A DNA stretch of 43,587 nucleotides, taken from contig JAUXZG010000224.1 in the NCBI GenBank assembly GCA_030694005.1, positions 1-43,587 of the forward strand, read 5' to 3'. This document shows positions 26,248 through 35,350 of the stretch, in pieces. Below the pieces are notes generated by a model. That model made no database searches. It saw only the letters and a list, made by a program, of their open reading frames with translations, and was not told the DNA's origin. The DNA is from Desulfobaccales bacterium (lineage in GTDB: Bacteria; Desulfobacterota; Desulfobaccia; Desulfobaccales; 0-14-0-80-60-11). Position 1 is the first letter of the stretch. Each line of letters starts with the position of its first letter. A program made the translations under genes and the position numbers.

Positions 26248-27183
26248 TCACTCTTTTCCTGCCAACTTCAGATCCAGATCCTTAAGCACCTGCCGGTCGT
26301 CTTCGGGTAAGCGGCCTTTGGTGGTGAGGTAATCCCCGGTCATCAAGGCGTCCGCCCCGGCGGCGAAGACCAGCGGCGCTAAGGAGCGCAGGGTCACTTG
26401 GCGGCCGCCGCAGATGATGAGAGAGCGGTCCGGAAAAAAAAGCCGAAAGGCCACGATGATCTTTAAGGCCTCCAGGGGCGAAAGCAGTGGCCGGGCCTCA
26501 AGGCCCGTCCCCGGCAACGGGTGCAGAAAATTGAGGGGAATGGCCTCCACCTCCAGTTCCTTTAAGCTCTGGGCCAATTCCCAGCGTTGGGCGACACTTT
26601 CCCCCAATCCCAGGATACCGCCGGCACATACCGTCAGGCCGGCCTCTTTGGCGGCCTCAATAGTAGCCACCCGTTCGGCAAAGGTATGAGTGGAGCAAAT
26701 CCGGGGGAAAAAGGAGGGCGCGGTCTCCAGATTGTGATGATAACGGTAAACCCCGGCGGCCTTTAAATCACTAAGGAATTCCTGACCCACAATCCCCAAA
26801 GAAGCGCAGACCTGAATGGGGGTGGCCCGGCGGATGGCGGCCACCGCCTTAAGGATGGCCTTTTGTTCCTGAGGGGAGATGATGCCTCGCCCGGAAGTCA
26901 CCAGGGAGAAGCGGGCGGCTCCGGCCGCGGCCGCCTGCTGGGCGGCAGCCACCAACTCGTCGCGCCCCAATAAGGGATAACGGGGAGCCCCGGCCCGGGA
27001 GGCGGCCGCCTGGGAACAGAAGGCGCAGTCTTCGGAGCACAGCCCGGACTTGGCGTTGATGATGACGCACAGACTCACCCGCGCCCCGAAATGCCGCTCC
27101 CTTAAGGCGCTGGCCTCTCCCAGCCGAGGCCACAACTGGGCCCAATTAAGGCGGAAAATCGCCTCCCATTCAGCATAACGCAT
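26248..27183 (-). CDS. bioB: Biotin synthase (radical SAM)
   Basis: NAKSGLCSEDCAFCSQ, YHHNLET, IPLNFL, GDYLTT; start uncertain (27183/27192/27198). Confidence 0.95.
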   Translation of the reverse strand: MRYAEWEAIFRLNWAQLWPRLGEASALRERHFGARVSLCVIINAKSGLCSEDCAFCSQAAASRAGAPRYPLLGRDELVAAAQQAAAAGAARFSLVTSGRGIISPQEQKAILKAVAAIRRATPIQVCASLGIVGQEFLSDLKAAGVYRYHHNLETAPSFFPRICSTHTFAERVATIEAAKEAGLTVCAGGILGLGESVAQRWELAQSLKELEVEAIPLNFLHPLPGTGLEARPLLSPLEALKIIVAFRLFFPDRSLIICGGRQVTLRSLAPLVFAAGADALMTGDYLTTKGRLPEDDRQVLKDLDLKLAGKE

Positions 27184-27221
27184 AGCAGGCATCCCCAATT
27201 AGCATCTCTTAGGAAAGGGCG

Positions 27222-27255
27222 ATTGTCAACCACTTCTCATTAACTGGTTTACAAT
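27222..27255. promoter_or_regulatory. BirA (biotin repressor) operator
   Basis: ATTGTCAACC-N14-GGTTTACAAT fits the WWTGTtAAC-N14-16-GTTaACAWW consensus, directly upstream of bioB. Confidence 0.85.
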
Positions 27256-27750
27256 TGCAGCCCAGACCTCTGGCCAACTAGCGGCCTTTTAACCCTTTAG
27301 GCGGCCATCCTGAGACGGGGCGGCTTTCCCCGTTCGGTCGCGCCGGAGAAGGCGCCGGGGGTGGTGGTTAAATTATCTCAACTTTTCTCTGGGGATGCCG
27401 ATAACAAAAATAAAAAGGTCAGAGTGGGACTGGGTAGGGGGCGGGTTCCGTCTTCCCCCAAAGCCGCGTTTTCCTGAAAGCTTAGGGCAAGTCTTATCCT
27501 GGCAAGAAATCAGCGCCCACTTGCCAGCCAGGTCTAATGGCAATAGCTCACGAAATATCCAAGGCAAGATAACCATGATGGGAATCAAGTATGGGCTCTG
27601 TAGTTGGCTTTTCAATCTGTAAAAGATATTGACACATGTATCCATAGGTTATGCTTAGCAATTTGACTCCACTGCCAAATTTTCGTTTTTCTCAAAGTAG
27701 TTCATACCAGATTCCCGATATTTCAGGTTTCCGTGGTGAGGTGGCAACCT

Positions 27751-30700
27751 ATGTCTCATCTCTTTAGCAGCTTACGCATTCGGCTCCTTCTCCTAGTTCT
27801 CCTTGCAGTCATCCCGGCACTGGGATTGATTCTTTATTCCGGACTAGAGCGGCGGCACGAGGCAGCCCTGGATGCCCAAGGAGAGGCTCTGCGGTTGGTG
27901 CGTCATGCTTCTTTAGATCAGGAACGCATGATCCAGGGAGCAGTCCAACTACTCACTGCCATCGCCCAGCTGCCCGCCATCCGTGAGCGAAATAAATCCG
28001 AGGTCCCTGAGTTCCTCCATCGCCTCTTACAGCAACACCCCTTCTATGCCAATATTGGCATAATCGGACCGGATGGCAATGTGCTTTACAGCGCTCTCCC
28101 TTTTAGCACCCCGCTCAATTATGCTGACAGCCCCTGTTTCAAGAAGGCCCTGGAAACCCGGGAACTGGTAATTGGCGAATACCAGATCGGCCGCATCTCC
28201 CGCAAGGCTGAAGTGCCCTTAGTCTATCCCGTTTTTGATCGGGCCGGGCGGTTGCAGGTCATGGTGTACACCGCCCTGGATCTGACCTGGCTCAGTAATC
28301 TGGCTGCCAAGATCGCACTTCCCCCCGGCGCCACCCTGGCCATCATTGACCGCCAGGGAACCTTCCTGGTGCGCCATCCGGAGCCGGAGAAGTGGGTCGG
28401 CAAGACCATCCCGGAGATAGAACGGGTGAAGGAAGTATTGGCCAAAGAAGAGGGGACCGCAGAAGCGCTGGGCATCGACGGCAACGTGCGTCTGTATGCT
28501 TTCACCCCCCTGAAAGGCATGCCGGAAGGCTTGTTTATGCGGGTGGGCCTCCTGAAGAAGGATGTGTTTGCCAGGGCAAACCAGGTCTTGACCCGCAACT
28601 TGATGGCCCTAGGGCTGGTAGTGGTTATGGCCTTGGTGGCAGCTTGGCTGTTCGGCTCCCTCCTGATCATGCGCGGCATTAACGTCTTGGTGACTTCCAC
28701 GCGGCGGCTGGCCGAAGGCGACTTGAGCGTGTGCACCGGTCTGGGACAGGGGGAAGGAGAGATTGACCAGCTGGCCCGGGCCTTTGACCAGATGGTGGCA
28801 GCCCTTGAGCAGCGGGAGGCCGAACGCCGGCAGGCGGAGGCGGAACTGGAAAAGGTTCTGCATGAGCGCGGGCTCATCTTGAACTCCGCCGGGGAAGGTA
28901 TTTGGGGGTTGGACCGGAGCGGCAAGGTTACCTTCGTTAATAAAGCGGCCTTAGAGATCAGCGGCTATGAGGCTCAAGAGTTGATAGGCCATAACATCCA
29001 TCAACTCTTGCATTTTTCCAAAGCCGATGGCAGCCCGCACCCTCAAGAGGACTGTCAAATTTATGCCAGCCTGGTCAACGGCGAAACCCGGCGGGTCAGC
29101 GAAGATTGGTTTTGGCACAAAGATGGCGAGTGCTTCCCGGTGGAATATGTCAGCACCGCCATTAAAGAAGGGGGCCAAGTAACCGGCGCGGTGGTGGTCT
29201 TTCGCGATATCTCGGCCCGCCGGCAGGCCGAGGAGGAACTCCAACAGGCCAAGGACTTCCTGGAAAATACCTTTGATAATTCCGCCGATGTCATCGCCAT
29301 CGTGGACAAAAAGGGCAGATTCATCAAATGGAACAAAGCCGCAGAAAAAGCCTATGGCTATAGTTTCCAGGAGCTTAAAGGGATACGCGCCTTTGATCTC
29401 TATGCCGATAATATCGAACTTAAAAAAATGCTGGACCAATTACGCCGGGAGGGTTTGGTCAGAAGATATGAAATCAATATGAAAACGAAGGATGGCCACA
29501 TTGTGCCATTTGCCCTGTCCATCAACTACTTATATGACCGGAATAATGAAATTATTGGCAGCATCTGTGTGGCCCGGGACCGGAGCGATATCAAAGCCGC
29601 CATGAACGAGCTAAACACGCTGAATGATCAACTGCGCGCCGAGATCCAAGAGCGCCAGCAGGTGGGACAGGCCCTGAAGGAGGCCAACGAAAAGCTCCAG
29701 GGCCTGGTGGAAGACGCCCAACAGCGCACCCGGGACATCACTCTCCTCAACGAACTGGGTGATCTGCTCCAGGCCTGCCAAGACCGGCAGGAAGCTTATG
29801 CGGCTGTGGCCCAGTATGCGGGCCAACTATTTCCTGACCGCACGGGCTCCCTGTTTGTCCTCAACGCCTCCCAAAACCTGTTGGAAGCCGTAGCCGGCTG
29901 GGGGGAGTCGCCCTCCGGCGAGCAGGTGTTCTCTCCGGACGATTGCTGGGCCTTCCGCCGGGGTGAGGTCCATAGGGTAGCGGGTTCCCAAACGGGTTTA
30001 CTTTGTAAGCACATCCCGACACCCTCCGTGGCGGATCATATTTGCATACCCATGATGGCCCAGGGGGAGACCATAGGCATGATCCATTTGCAAAGCAGTC
30101 TGTGCCGGCTGGAAAATGTGCCCCAGGAGGCCTTGGGATACCGGACGGACTCCAAAGACCGCCTGGCCCTGACCCTGGCCAAGCAAGTCTCCTTGGCCCT
30201 GGCCAGCTTGAGTCTCAGGGAGTCCTTGCGGGCGCAGGCCATCCGGGATCCCCTCACCAACCTGTTTAACCGGCGCTATATGGAGGAATCCCTGGAGCGC
30301 GAGGTGGCCCGGGTAAAACGACGGGGCGTCTCATTAGGGGTTATTATGGTTGACCTGGACCATTTTAAGAAATTCAACGACACCTTCGGTCACAAGGCCG
30401 GGGACGCCATGCTGGTCGCCCTGGCGGCGTTACTGAAAAATCACATCCGCCTGGAAGATATTGCCTGCCGCTACGGGGGGGAAGAGTTACTGGTGATCCT
30501 GCCGGAAACCTCCCTGGAGATAACCACCCAGCGGGCCGAGAAGCTCAGGGAACAGATCAGCCAGCTTAAGGTGGAGTTTCTGGGCCAAACCTTGGGGTTG
30601 ACCACGGCTTCCCTGGGGGTGGCTGCCTTTCCGCAGCATGGCCTGGACGGGGAGGAGCTGATTCGCGCCGCGGACGCGGCCCTGTACCGCGCCAAAAGAG

Positions 30701-30807
30701 GAGGCCGCAATCGGGTAGTGGTGGCGCAAGATTTAAAAACTCACCGAAATGCAGGCCAGCCGCAACCGGGGCTGGAAGCGAAGACCAAGACGGCTAAGGC
30801 CCGCTAG
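27751..30807 (+). CDS. Membrane sensor diguanylate cyclase (TM-Cache-TM-HAMP-PAS-PAS-GAF-GGDEF, 1018 aa)
   Basis: Two TM segments, HAMP (EIDQLARAFDQM), two PAS, GAF (DCWAFRRG), DPLTNLFNRR, DLDHFKKFNDTFGH, RLED I-site, RYGGEEL; ATG 27751 after GAGGT. Confidence 0.93.
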   Translation: MSHLFSSLRIRLLLLVLLAVIPALGLILYSGLERRHEAALDAQGEALRLVRHASLDQERMIQGAVQLLTAIAQLPAIRERNKSEVPEFLHRLLQQHPFYANIGIIGPDGNVLYSALPFSTPLNYADSPCFKKALETRELVIGEYQIGRISRKAEVPLVYPVFDRAGRLQVMVYTALDLTWLSNLAAKIALPPGATLAIIDRQGTFLVRHPEPEKWVGKTIPEIERVKEVLAKEEGTAEALGIDGNVRLYAFTPLKGMPEGLFMRVGLLKKDVFARANQVLTRNLMALGLVVVMALVAAWLFGSLLIMRGINVLVTSTRRLAEGDLSVCTGLGQGEGEIDQLARAFDQMVAALEQREAERRQAEAELEKVLHERGLILNSAGEGIWGLDRSGKVTFVNKAALEISGYEAQELIGHNIHQLLHFSKADGSPHPQEDCQIYASLVNGETRRVSEDWFWHKDGECFPVEYVSTAIKEGGQVTGAVVVFRDISARRQAEEELQQAKDFLENTFDNSADVIAIVDKKGRFIKWNKAAEKAYGYSFQELKGIRAFDLYADNIELKKMLDQLRREGLVRRYEINMKTKDGHIVPFALSINYLYDRNNEIIGSICVARDRSDIKAAMNELNTLNDQLRAEIQERQQVGQALKEANEKLQGLVEDAQQRTRDITLLNELGDLLQACQDRQEAYAAVAQYAGQLFPDRTGSLFVLNASQNLLEAVAGWGESPSGEQVFSPDDCWAFRRGEVHRVAGSQTGLLCKHIPTPSVADHICIPMMAQGETIGMIHLQSSLCRLENVPQEALGYRTDSKDRLALTLAKQVSLALASLSLRESLRAQAIRDPLTNLFNRRYMEESLEREVARVKRRGVSLGVIMVDLDHFKKFNDTFGHKAGDAMLVALAALLKNHIRLEDIACRYGGEELLVILPETSLEITTQRAEKLREQISQLKVEFLGQTLGLTTASLGVAAFPQHGLDGEELIRAADAALYRAKRGGRNRVVVAQDLKTHRNAGQPQPGLEAKTKTAKAR

Positions 30808-30838
30808 GCGGAAGAATTTCTAAAAACCCTTTGGACTT

Positions 30839-31019
30839 CTCTCCCAACCTCTTTTTGGGGGCTGGGTAAGGCGGGGCTTTTAGCCCCGCCTTACCCAGCC
30901 CCCAAAACAAAAAAGCCATAAGGGATTGGAGGTGGGGGCTTGGGGGAGTTTTTTGTAAGGGTAAGGGCCCGTGGCTTAAGAAGTCTCGCCTGTGGAAGCC
31001 CTTAGCCCCTTCCCCCCAA
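30839..31019. repeat. Family A repeat between convergent DGC and ftsK, with a long hairpin (possible terminator) and a degenerate REP at 30971-30994
   Basis: GGGGGCTGGGTAAGGCGGGGCT-TTT-AGCCCCGCCTTACCCAGCCCCC perfect hairpin; core with 2 mismatches. Confidence 0.8.
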
Positions 31020-31022
31020 TAC

Positions 31023-33260
31023 TCACCGCCTCGGAACATAGACCTCCCGGGGTTTGAGGCCGTCGGAGGGGCCCACCAGGCCCTGTTTCTCCATGGTCTC
31101 GATGATGCGGGCGGCCCGGTTGTAGCCCACCCTTAAGCGCCGCTGCAGCATGGAGATGGAGGCGTTTCGGGTCTCGGACACCAGGGCCAGGGCCTCCTCC
31201 CATTTGTCATCCTTTTCCCCCAGCTCCGCCTCTTCTTCCTCCGGTCCCTTGAGGTCCAACAGACCCGGCTCAAACTCCGGCGGGGCCTGGGCCTTTAAGA
31301 AATCCACCACCCGGCTGACCTCCTCCTCCGACACAAAAGCCCCATGGATGCGCTTTAAGCGGGAAGTGCCGGGGGGCATAAACAACAGGTCGCCCTGGCC
31401 TAACAGGCGCTCGGCCCCCACGGTGTCCAAGATGACCCGGGAGTCCATTTTGGTGGACACCTGATACGAGATGCGGGTGGGAAAGTTGGCTTTAATCAGG
31501 CCGGTGATGACGTCCACCGAGGGCCGCTGGGTGGCCACGATGAGGTGGATGCCGGAGGCCCGGGCCTTTTGGGCCAGGCGGATCAGGTATTCTTCCGTGT
31601 CCCGGGAGGAGACCAGCATCAGGTCGGCCAGTTCATCAATCACCAGAACGATATAAGGCAGGGACCGGGGCAGCAGGCCTTCTTCCAGGGCCGAGTCGGC
31701 CTTGCGAACCCTGGCCTTCTGGTTGTAGCCCTCGATATTGCGCACCGCCAAATCCGACAGCAGGACATAGCGGCGTTCCATCTCCGCCACCGCCCAGTGC
31801 AGGGTGCGGGTGGCCTCCTTGGGGCTCACCACCACCGGGTGCAGCAGGTGGGGGATGCCTTCATAGGTGGACAGCTCGATGCGCTTGGGGTCGATCAAGA
31901 GCACCCGCACCTCCTGGGGGGTGGCTTTGTACAGGATGCTCAGGATCATGGCATTGAGCCCCACGCTCTTGCCGCTGCCGGTGGCCCCGGCCATGAGCAG
32001 GTGGGGCATCTTGGCCAGGTCGGTGACCACCGTGGTGCCCATGATGTCTTTGCCCAGGGCCAGGGTGAGGCGGGAGGATGATTTTTGATAAGCCCCATCC
32101 GCCAAAATCTCTCTTAAGGCCACCACCTGCCGCTTGGGGTTGGGGATCTCGATGCCGATGACCGCCTTACCGGGCACCGGGGCCACGATGCGGATGGACA
32201 ATGCCTTCAGGGCCAGGGCCAGGTCGTCGGCCAGGCCGGTGACCTTGCTGATCTTGACCCCCGGGGCCGGCTCCAGCTCGAAGCGGCTCACCACCGGCCC
32301 GGTCATGATGGCGGTGACCCGGCCCTCCACCCCGAAATGGCGCAGGGTGTCTTCTAACTTCTTGGCCTGAGCCATCATGGTGCCCTCCTGCACCTGGTGG
32401 TCCCAGGGGGGCGGCTGGTCCAGGAAGTCCAGAGATGGCAGGGCAAATTTCCCGGGGGCCGGGGCGGCTCGCCGGGCCCGGGGGGCAGGCTCGACCGGGG
32501 GCGGGGGTGGCAAGACGACTTCTTCGTCAGCCACGCCGGTTTTGGTGATCACCGGCGCCTCTCGCAGGAGCGGCCGGGGCCGAGGGGGCGGCGGCGCCGC
32601 TTCCCTGCCCCTCCGCCATACAAAAGCCCAGGCGCCTTTAAGGATTTGCCCCAAAAGAGACATAAGGCCCACATAGGACAGCCGGGTGGCCCCCATGAAG
32701 CTGACCAACAGCAGCAGACTCAAGGCCAGGGCCGCGCCCTGGCGGTTAAAGCCGGAGAGCAAGCCTCCCGTTAGGGTCTTCCCTAACAGGCCGCCGCTGG
32801 GCATCCAGGTTCCCCCCCAGGGGATGCTGGGCCAACCGAGATAAAAAAGCCCGGCTGAGGCCAAAATGACGCCCAGGCCGGCCAGGGCCTGACCCCAGGA
32901 CAGGGTCTCCAACCCGTGACGGTGGGATTGCCAGGCCAGGCCGAAAAGCAGCAGTGGCACCAAAAAGGCCGCCAGGCCCAGGCCCCAGAGGAGATAGGCG
33001 GCTGTGAGCGCCCCGGCCTTGCCGGTGACATTGCGCACCCCGTAAGCGCTCCAAAGCTCCACCAGCCCCTGGGGGTCCTGGGGAGAATGGCTGAAAAGCG
33101 CCAGCACCCCAAACAGGGCCAGGCCCAAAAGCAACAGCGCGGTCATCTCCTGACCCAGACGCCGCCCCCAGGGGGGCAAAGGCGAACCGGCCGGCGGGGG
33201 CGCGGCCTTCCCCTTGCGGGCGGGACTGTTGACCTTCTTAGAAGCGGCTTTTGGGCCCAT
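31023..33260 (-). CDS. ftsK: DNA translocase FtsK (745 aa)
   Basis: N-terminal TMs, GPVVSRFE, PHLLMAGATGSGKS, IDELADLM, ATQRPSVDV, gamma domain SISMLQRRLRVGYNRAAR. Confidence 0.96.
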   Translation of the reverse strand: MGPKAASKKVNSPARKGKAAPPPAGSPLPPWGRRLGQEMTALLLLGLALFGVLALFSHSPQDPQGLVELWSAYGVRNVTGKAGALTAAYLLWGLGLAAFLVPLLLFGLAWQSHRHGLETLSWGQALAGLGVILASAGLFYLGWPSIPWGGTWMPSGGLLGKTLTGGLLSGFNRQGAALALSLLLLVSFMGATRLSYVGLMSLLGQILKGAWAFVWRRGREAAPPPPRPRPLLREAPVITKTGVADEEVVLPPPPPVEPAPRARRAAPAPGKFALPSLDFLDQPPPWDHQVQEGTMMAQAKKLEDTLRHFGVEGRVTAIMTGPVVSRFELEPAPGVKISKVTGLADDLALALKALSIRIVAPVPGKAVIGIEIPNPKRQVVALREILADGAYQKSSSRLTLALGKDIMGTTVVTDLAKMPHLLMAGATGSGKSVGLNAMILSILYKATPQEVRVLLIDPKRIELSTYEGIPHLLHPVVVSPKEATRTLHWAVAEMERRYVLLSDLAVRNIEGYNQKARVRKADSALEEGLLPRSLPYIVLVIDELADLMLVSSRDTEEYLIRLAQKARASGIHLIVATQRPSVDVITGLIKANFPTRISYQVSTKMDSRVILDTVGAERLLGQGDLLFMPPGTSRLKRIHGAFVSEEEVSRVVDFLKAQAPPEFEPGLLDLKGPEEEEAELGEKDDKWEEALALVSETRNASISMLQRRLRVGYNRAARIIETMEKQGLVGPSDGLKPREVYVPRR

Positions 33261-33291
33261 GGCGAACCTTAATTATTTTTGCCTATGGCTT

Positions 33292-33756
33292 TTGGGGAAG
33301 GGGGCCAGGGGTCTCTTACAATCCCTTCCCCAGGCCCCATCCCCCAACCCGCAAGAGGGGTTGAGGGTGTGAGGCTGCAGTTTAATACCTCTTCCTATCA
33401 GGAGAGGTTTTCATTCTGACCGAAGGGAAAAATCTCTAATCTTCCCCGGCCCAATAAGTCTTTCCCCTGGTGGCACCGGCATCCTGCCGGTGCTCCTTTA
33501 AAGTCCCCCTTTCTTAAAGGGGGATTTAGGGGGATTTTAAAATCCACCCCCTTATAATCCCTTTAAAAAGGGGAGAATTTGTAGGGTGGGCATTGCCCAC
33601 CTTAAACTTCATTCAAAGTCCCCCTTTATAAAAGGGGGATTTAGGGGGATTATAAATCCCCCCTTACCCCCCTTTAAAAAGGGGGGGTAGTCGTAGGGTG
33701 GGCATGGCCCACCCTAAAGCACCGATTTAATTCATGGTGGGCGGTGCCCACCCTAC
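33292..33756. repeat. Cluster of several palindromic repeat families (family A, GTGG/GTAG REPs, CCCCCTTT..AAAGGGGG units)
   Basis: REPs at 33469-33493, 33581-33601, 33693-33713 and inverted at 33736-33756; ~115-bp tandem unit starting at 33500 and 33615. Confidence 0.9.
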
Positions 33757-33757
33757 A

Positions 33758-34369
33758 TTAATCCTGCTCCAGGGCCCCCAGTAAATGCGGCTCGCCTAAG
33801 GCATGGGGGGCCGCCGTGGCCGGCAGGCGCCGGGCCGAAGTGATCTGCTTAAGGCTGGGCAGGATATAGGTTAGGGTCGCCCCGGAGATGCTGAGCTGCT
33901 GAAAAACCGTAAACCCCGCCTCCTTCACCGCGTCTTTCCAGAAGGCGTCCCGCACGGGGTCCCGGGATTCATAGGACACCTCAAAAAAAACCTTCTCGAT
34001 CTGGGCCGTGGCCAGAAGCTTGATGCAGACAAAGCACGGCTCTAAGGTGACATATAGGGTGGCCCCCTTGATGGCCACCCCGTAGCGGGCCGCCTGGGCG
34101 ATGGCGTTGGCCTCGGCGTGGGAGGCCCGGCAGTAATTGTACTTGTCCACGTCGGCGATGTGCAAGGCCCGGCGGTGGCAGTAGGGGCTGCCGTCGGGCA
34201 TCACCTGATCTGAGCAGTGGGGCGCGCCGGGCATGGAGCCGTTATAGCCCGTGGCCAAAATCTGCCGGTCCTTCACCAATACTGCGCCCGTGGGCCGGCT
34301 GTTGCAGGTGGACCGGGTGCTCACCAACTTGGCGATGAGCATGAAGTATTCATCCCATGATGGTCGCAT
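33758..34369 (-). CDS. dCMP deaminase (ComEB-like, 203 aa)
   Basis: RPSWDEYF, RSTC, TGYNG, HAEANAI, EPCFVC zinc motif. Confidence 0.93.
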   Translation of the reverse strand: MRPSWDEYFMLIAKLVSTRSTCNSRPTGAVLVKDRQILATGYNGSMPGAPHCSDQVMPDGSPYCHRRALHIADVDKYNYCRASHAEANAIAQAARYGVAIKGATLYVTLEPCFVCIKLLATAQIEKVFFEVSYESRDPVRDAFWKDAVKEAGFTVFQQLSISGATLTYILPSLKQITSARRLPATAAPHALGEPHLLGALEQD

Positions 34370-34371
34370 AT

Positions 34372-34677
34372 TTAATCCAATTTAGACTTTCCTTCAACAT
34401 AAACTCTTCTCTTTTCCGTTTCTTTTTCGAAAAACTTTTTCCCCTGGTTTTTTATAGTCTCCAATTCTTTGATGAGTCTATTTACTTCACGCTCAAGTTC
34501 CTCAAAGATTGAACAATCAAAAGAAATAGTATCAAATTCTATTTCATTTTTTCCTTCTTTCCATTTTATTCTGTCTGATGGATGCTTTATAGCAATATAA
34601 GCTCTAGGGCCAAGACCAGTTGGTTTATTTTCATAAAAATCAGAACAAGGTAAGAGTCGAAGATTCCACGTTGACAT
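34372..34677 (-). CDS. AT-rich hypothetical protein (101 aa), coiled-coil-like C-terminus
   Basis: Strong SD AAGGAGG before ATG 34677; stop 2 nt before the dCMP deaminase ATG. Confidence 0.7.
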   Translation of the reverse strand: MSTWNLRLLPCSDFYENKPTGLGPRAYIAIKHPSDRIKWKEGKNEIEFDTISFDCSIFEELEREVNRLIKELETIKNQGKKFFEKETEKRRVYVEGKSKLD

Positions 34678-34754
34678 TTTTAAACCTCCTTTCAATAAAT
34701 TAGATTATGGAATAAAATAGATTCTAATTCCAATTTCAGGGTCAAGAAAGCCTT

Positions 34755-34780
34755 GGTGGCACAGGCGTCTCGCCTGTGCA
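34755..34780 (+). repeat. REP element (GTGG foot plus hairpin) downstream of the transposase
   Basis: GGTGGCACAGGCGTCTCGCCTGTGCA. Confidence 0.9.
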
Positions 34781-34785
34781 TTTTT

Positions 34786-35313
34786 TCAATCATTCATTAT
34801 ATAGAGCCAGGGGTAATCCTCCCATCTCTGGACCAACTCCTGCTTAGCCGGATTGTTCATAATATACTGCCATTTCTCCAAAAACTCCACCTCATCCCGG
34901 ACAATGCGGTCATAGCGCTCATCTTGCCAGAGAGACCCCCCGGCACCTCTTAGCCGATTAATTTGGTGAACGCTGAAGCTCTTAACACTATGAATAATCT
35001 CTGCCAGATCAAAGACCCCGCCTTCTTCAGATATAGTCAATGGCTGAACCAGGGCATGCACATGGTCGGGCATGATAACCGCAGCATATAAGGTCCATTT
35101 GCGGCCATCCCAATAACGGAGCGCCTCCAAAGTAATGGTGCGTTCCTCTGGAGAAAGGACTTCCCCCTTTTTACAGCGCCAGGTAAGAAAATAGACGCTG
35201 CCGGGCTGTTGCCAGTGCGGCAGGGTTCTTCTCGTGACTTTAAAGGATTGCACAGGCGAGGCGCCTGTGCCACCATTCTTTTTCACTGTTTCCTGTCCCA
35301 AAAGAACATCCAT
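34786..35313 (-). CDS. REP-associated tyrosine transposase-like (Y1/HUH, IS200/IS605 superfamily)
   Basis: RRTLPHW...YFLTWR, IMPDHVH (HUH), LWQDERYDRIVRD, YIMNNP; flanked by inverted REPs. Confidence 0.9.
   Translation of the reverse strand: MDVLLGQETVKKNGGTGASPVQSFKVTRRTLPHWQQPGSVYFLTWRCKKGEVLSPEERTITLEALRYWDGRKWTLYAAVIMPDHVHALVQPLTISEEGGVFDLAEIIHSVKSFSVHQINRLRGAGGSLWQDERYDRIVRDEVEFLEKWQYIMNNPAKQELVQRWEDYPWLYIMND
35249..35274 (-). repeat. REP element, inverted partner of 34755-34780
   Basis: TGCACAGGCGAGGCGCCTGTGCCACC is the reverse complement of the left REP with 1 mismatch. Confidence 0.9.
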
Positions 35314-35350
35314 TTATTTGTTAATACTCGTCCTTAATCCTTTTTGCTCA

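Noticed and set aside
27470-27560. c-di-GMP-I riboswitch upstream of the diguanylate cyclase
   Set aside because: GGCAA, GGTCTAA and an 8-bp hairpin are present, but the GAAA tetraloop/GACGCAAA core is not; an Infernal scan against the Rfam c-di-GMP-I model would settle it
27629-27655. sigma70 promoter TTGACA...TATGCT for the diguanylate cyclase
   Set aside because: Spacer is only 15 nt; plausible but not supportable
33500-33756. Possible CRISPR array
   Set aside because: Only two ~115-bp units with similar rather than unique spacers; REP-like hairpins; no cas genes
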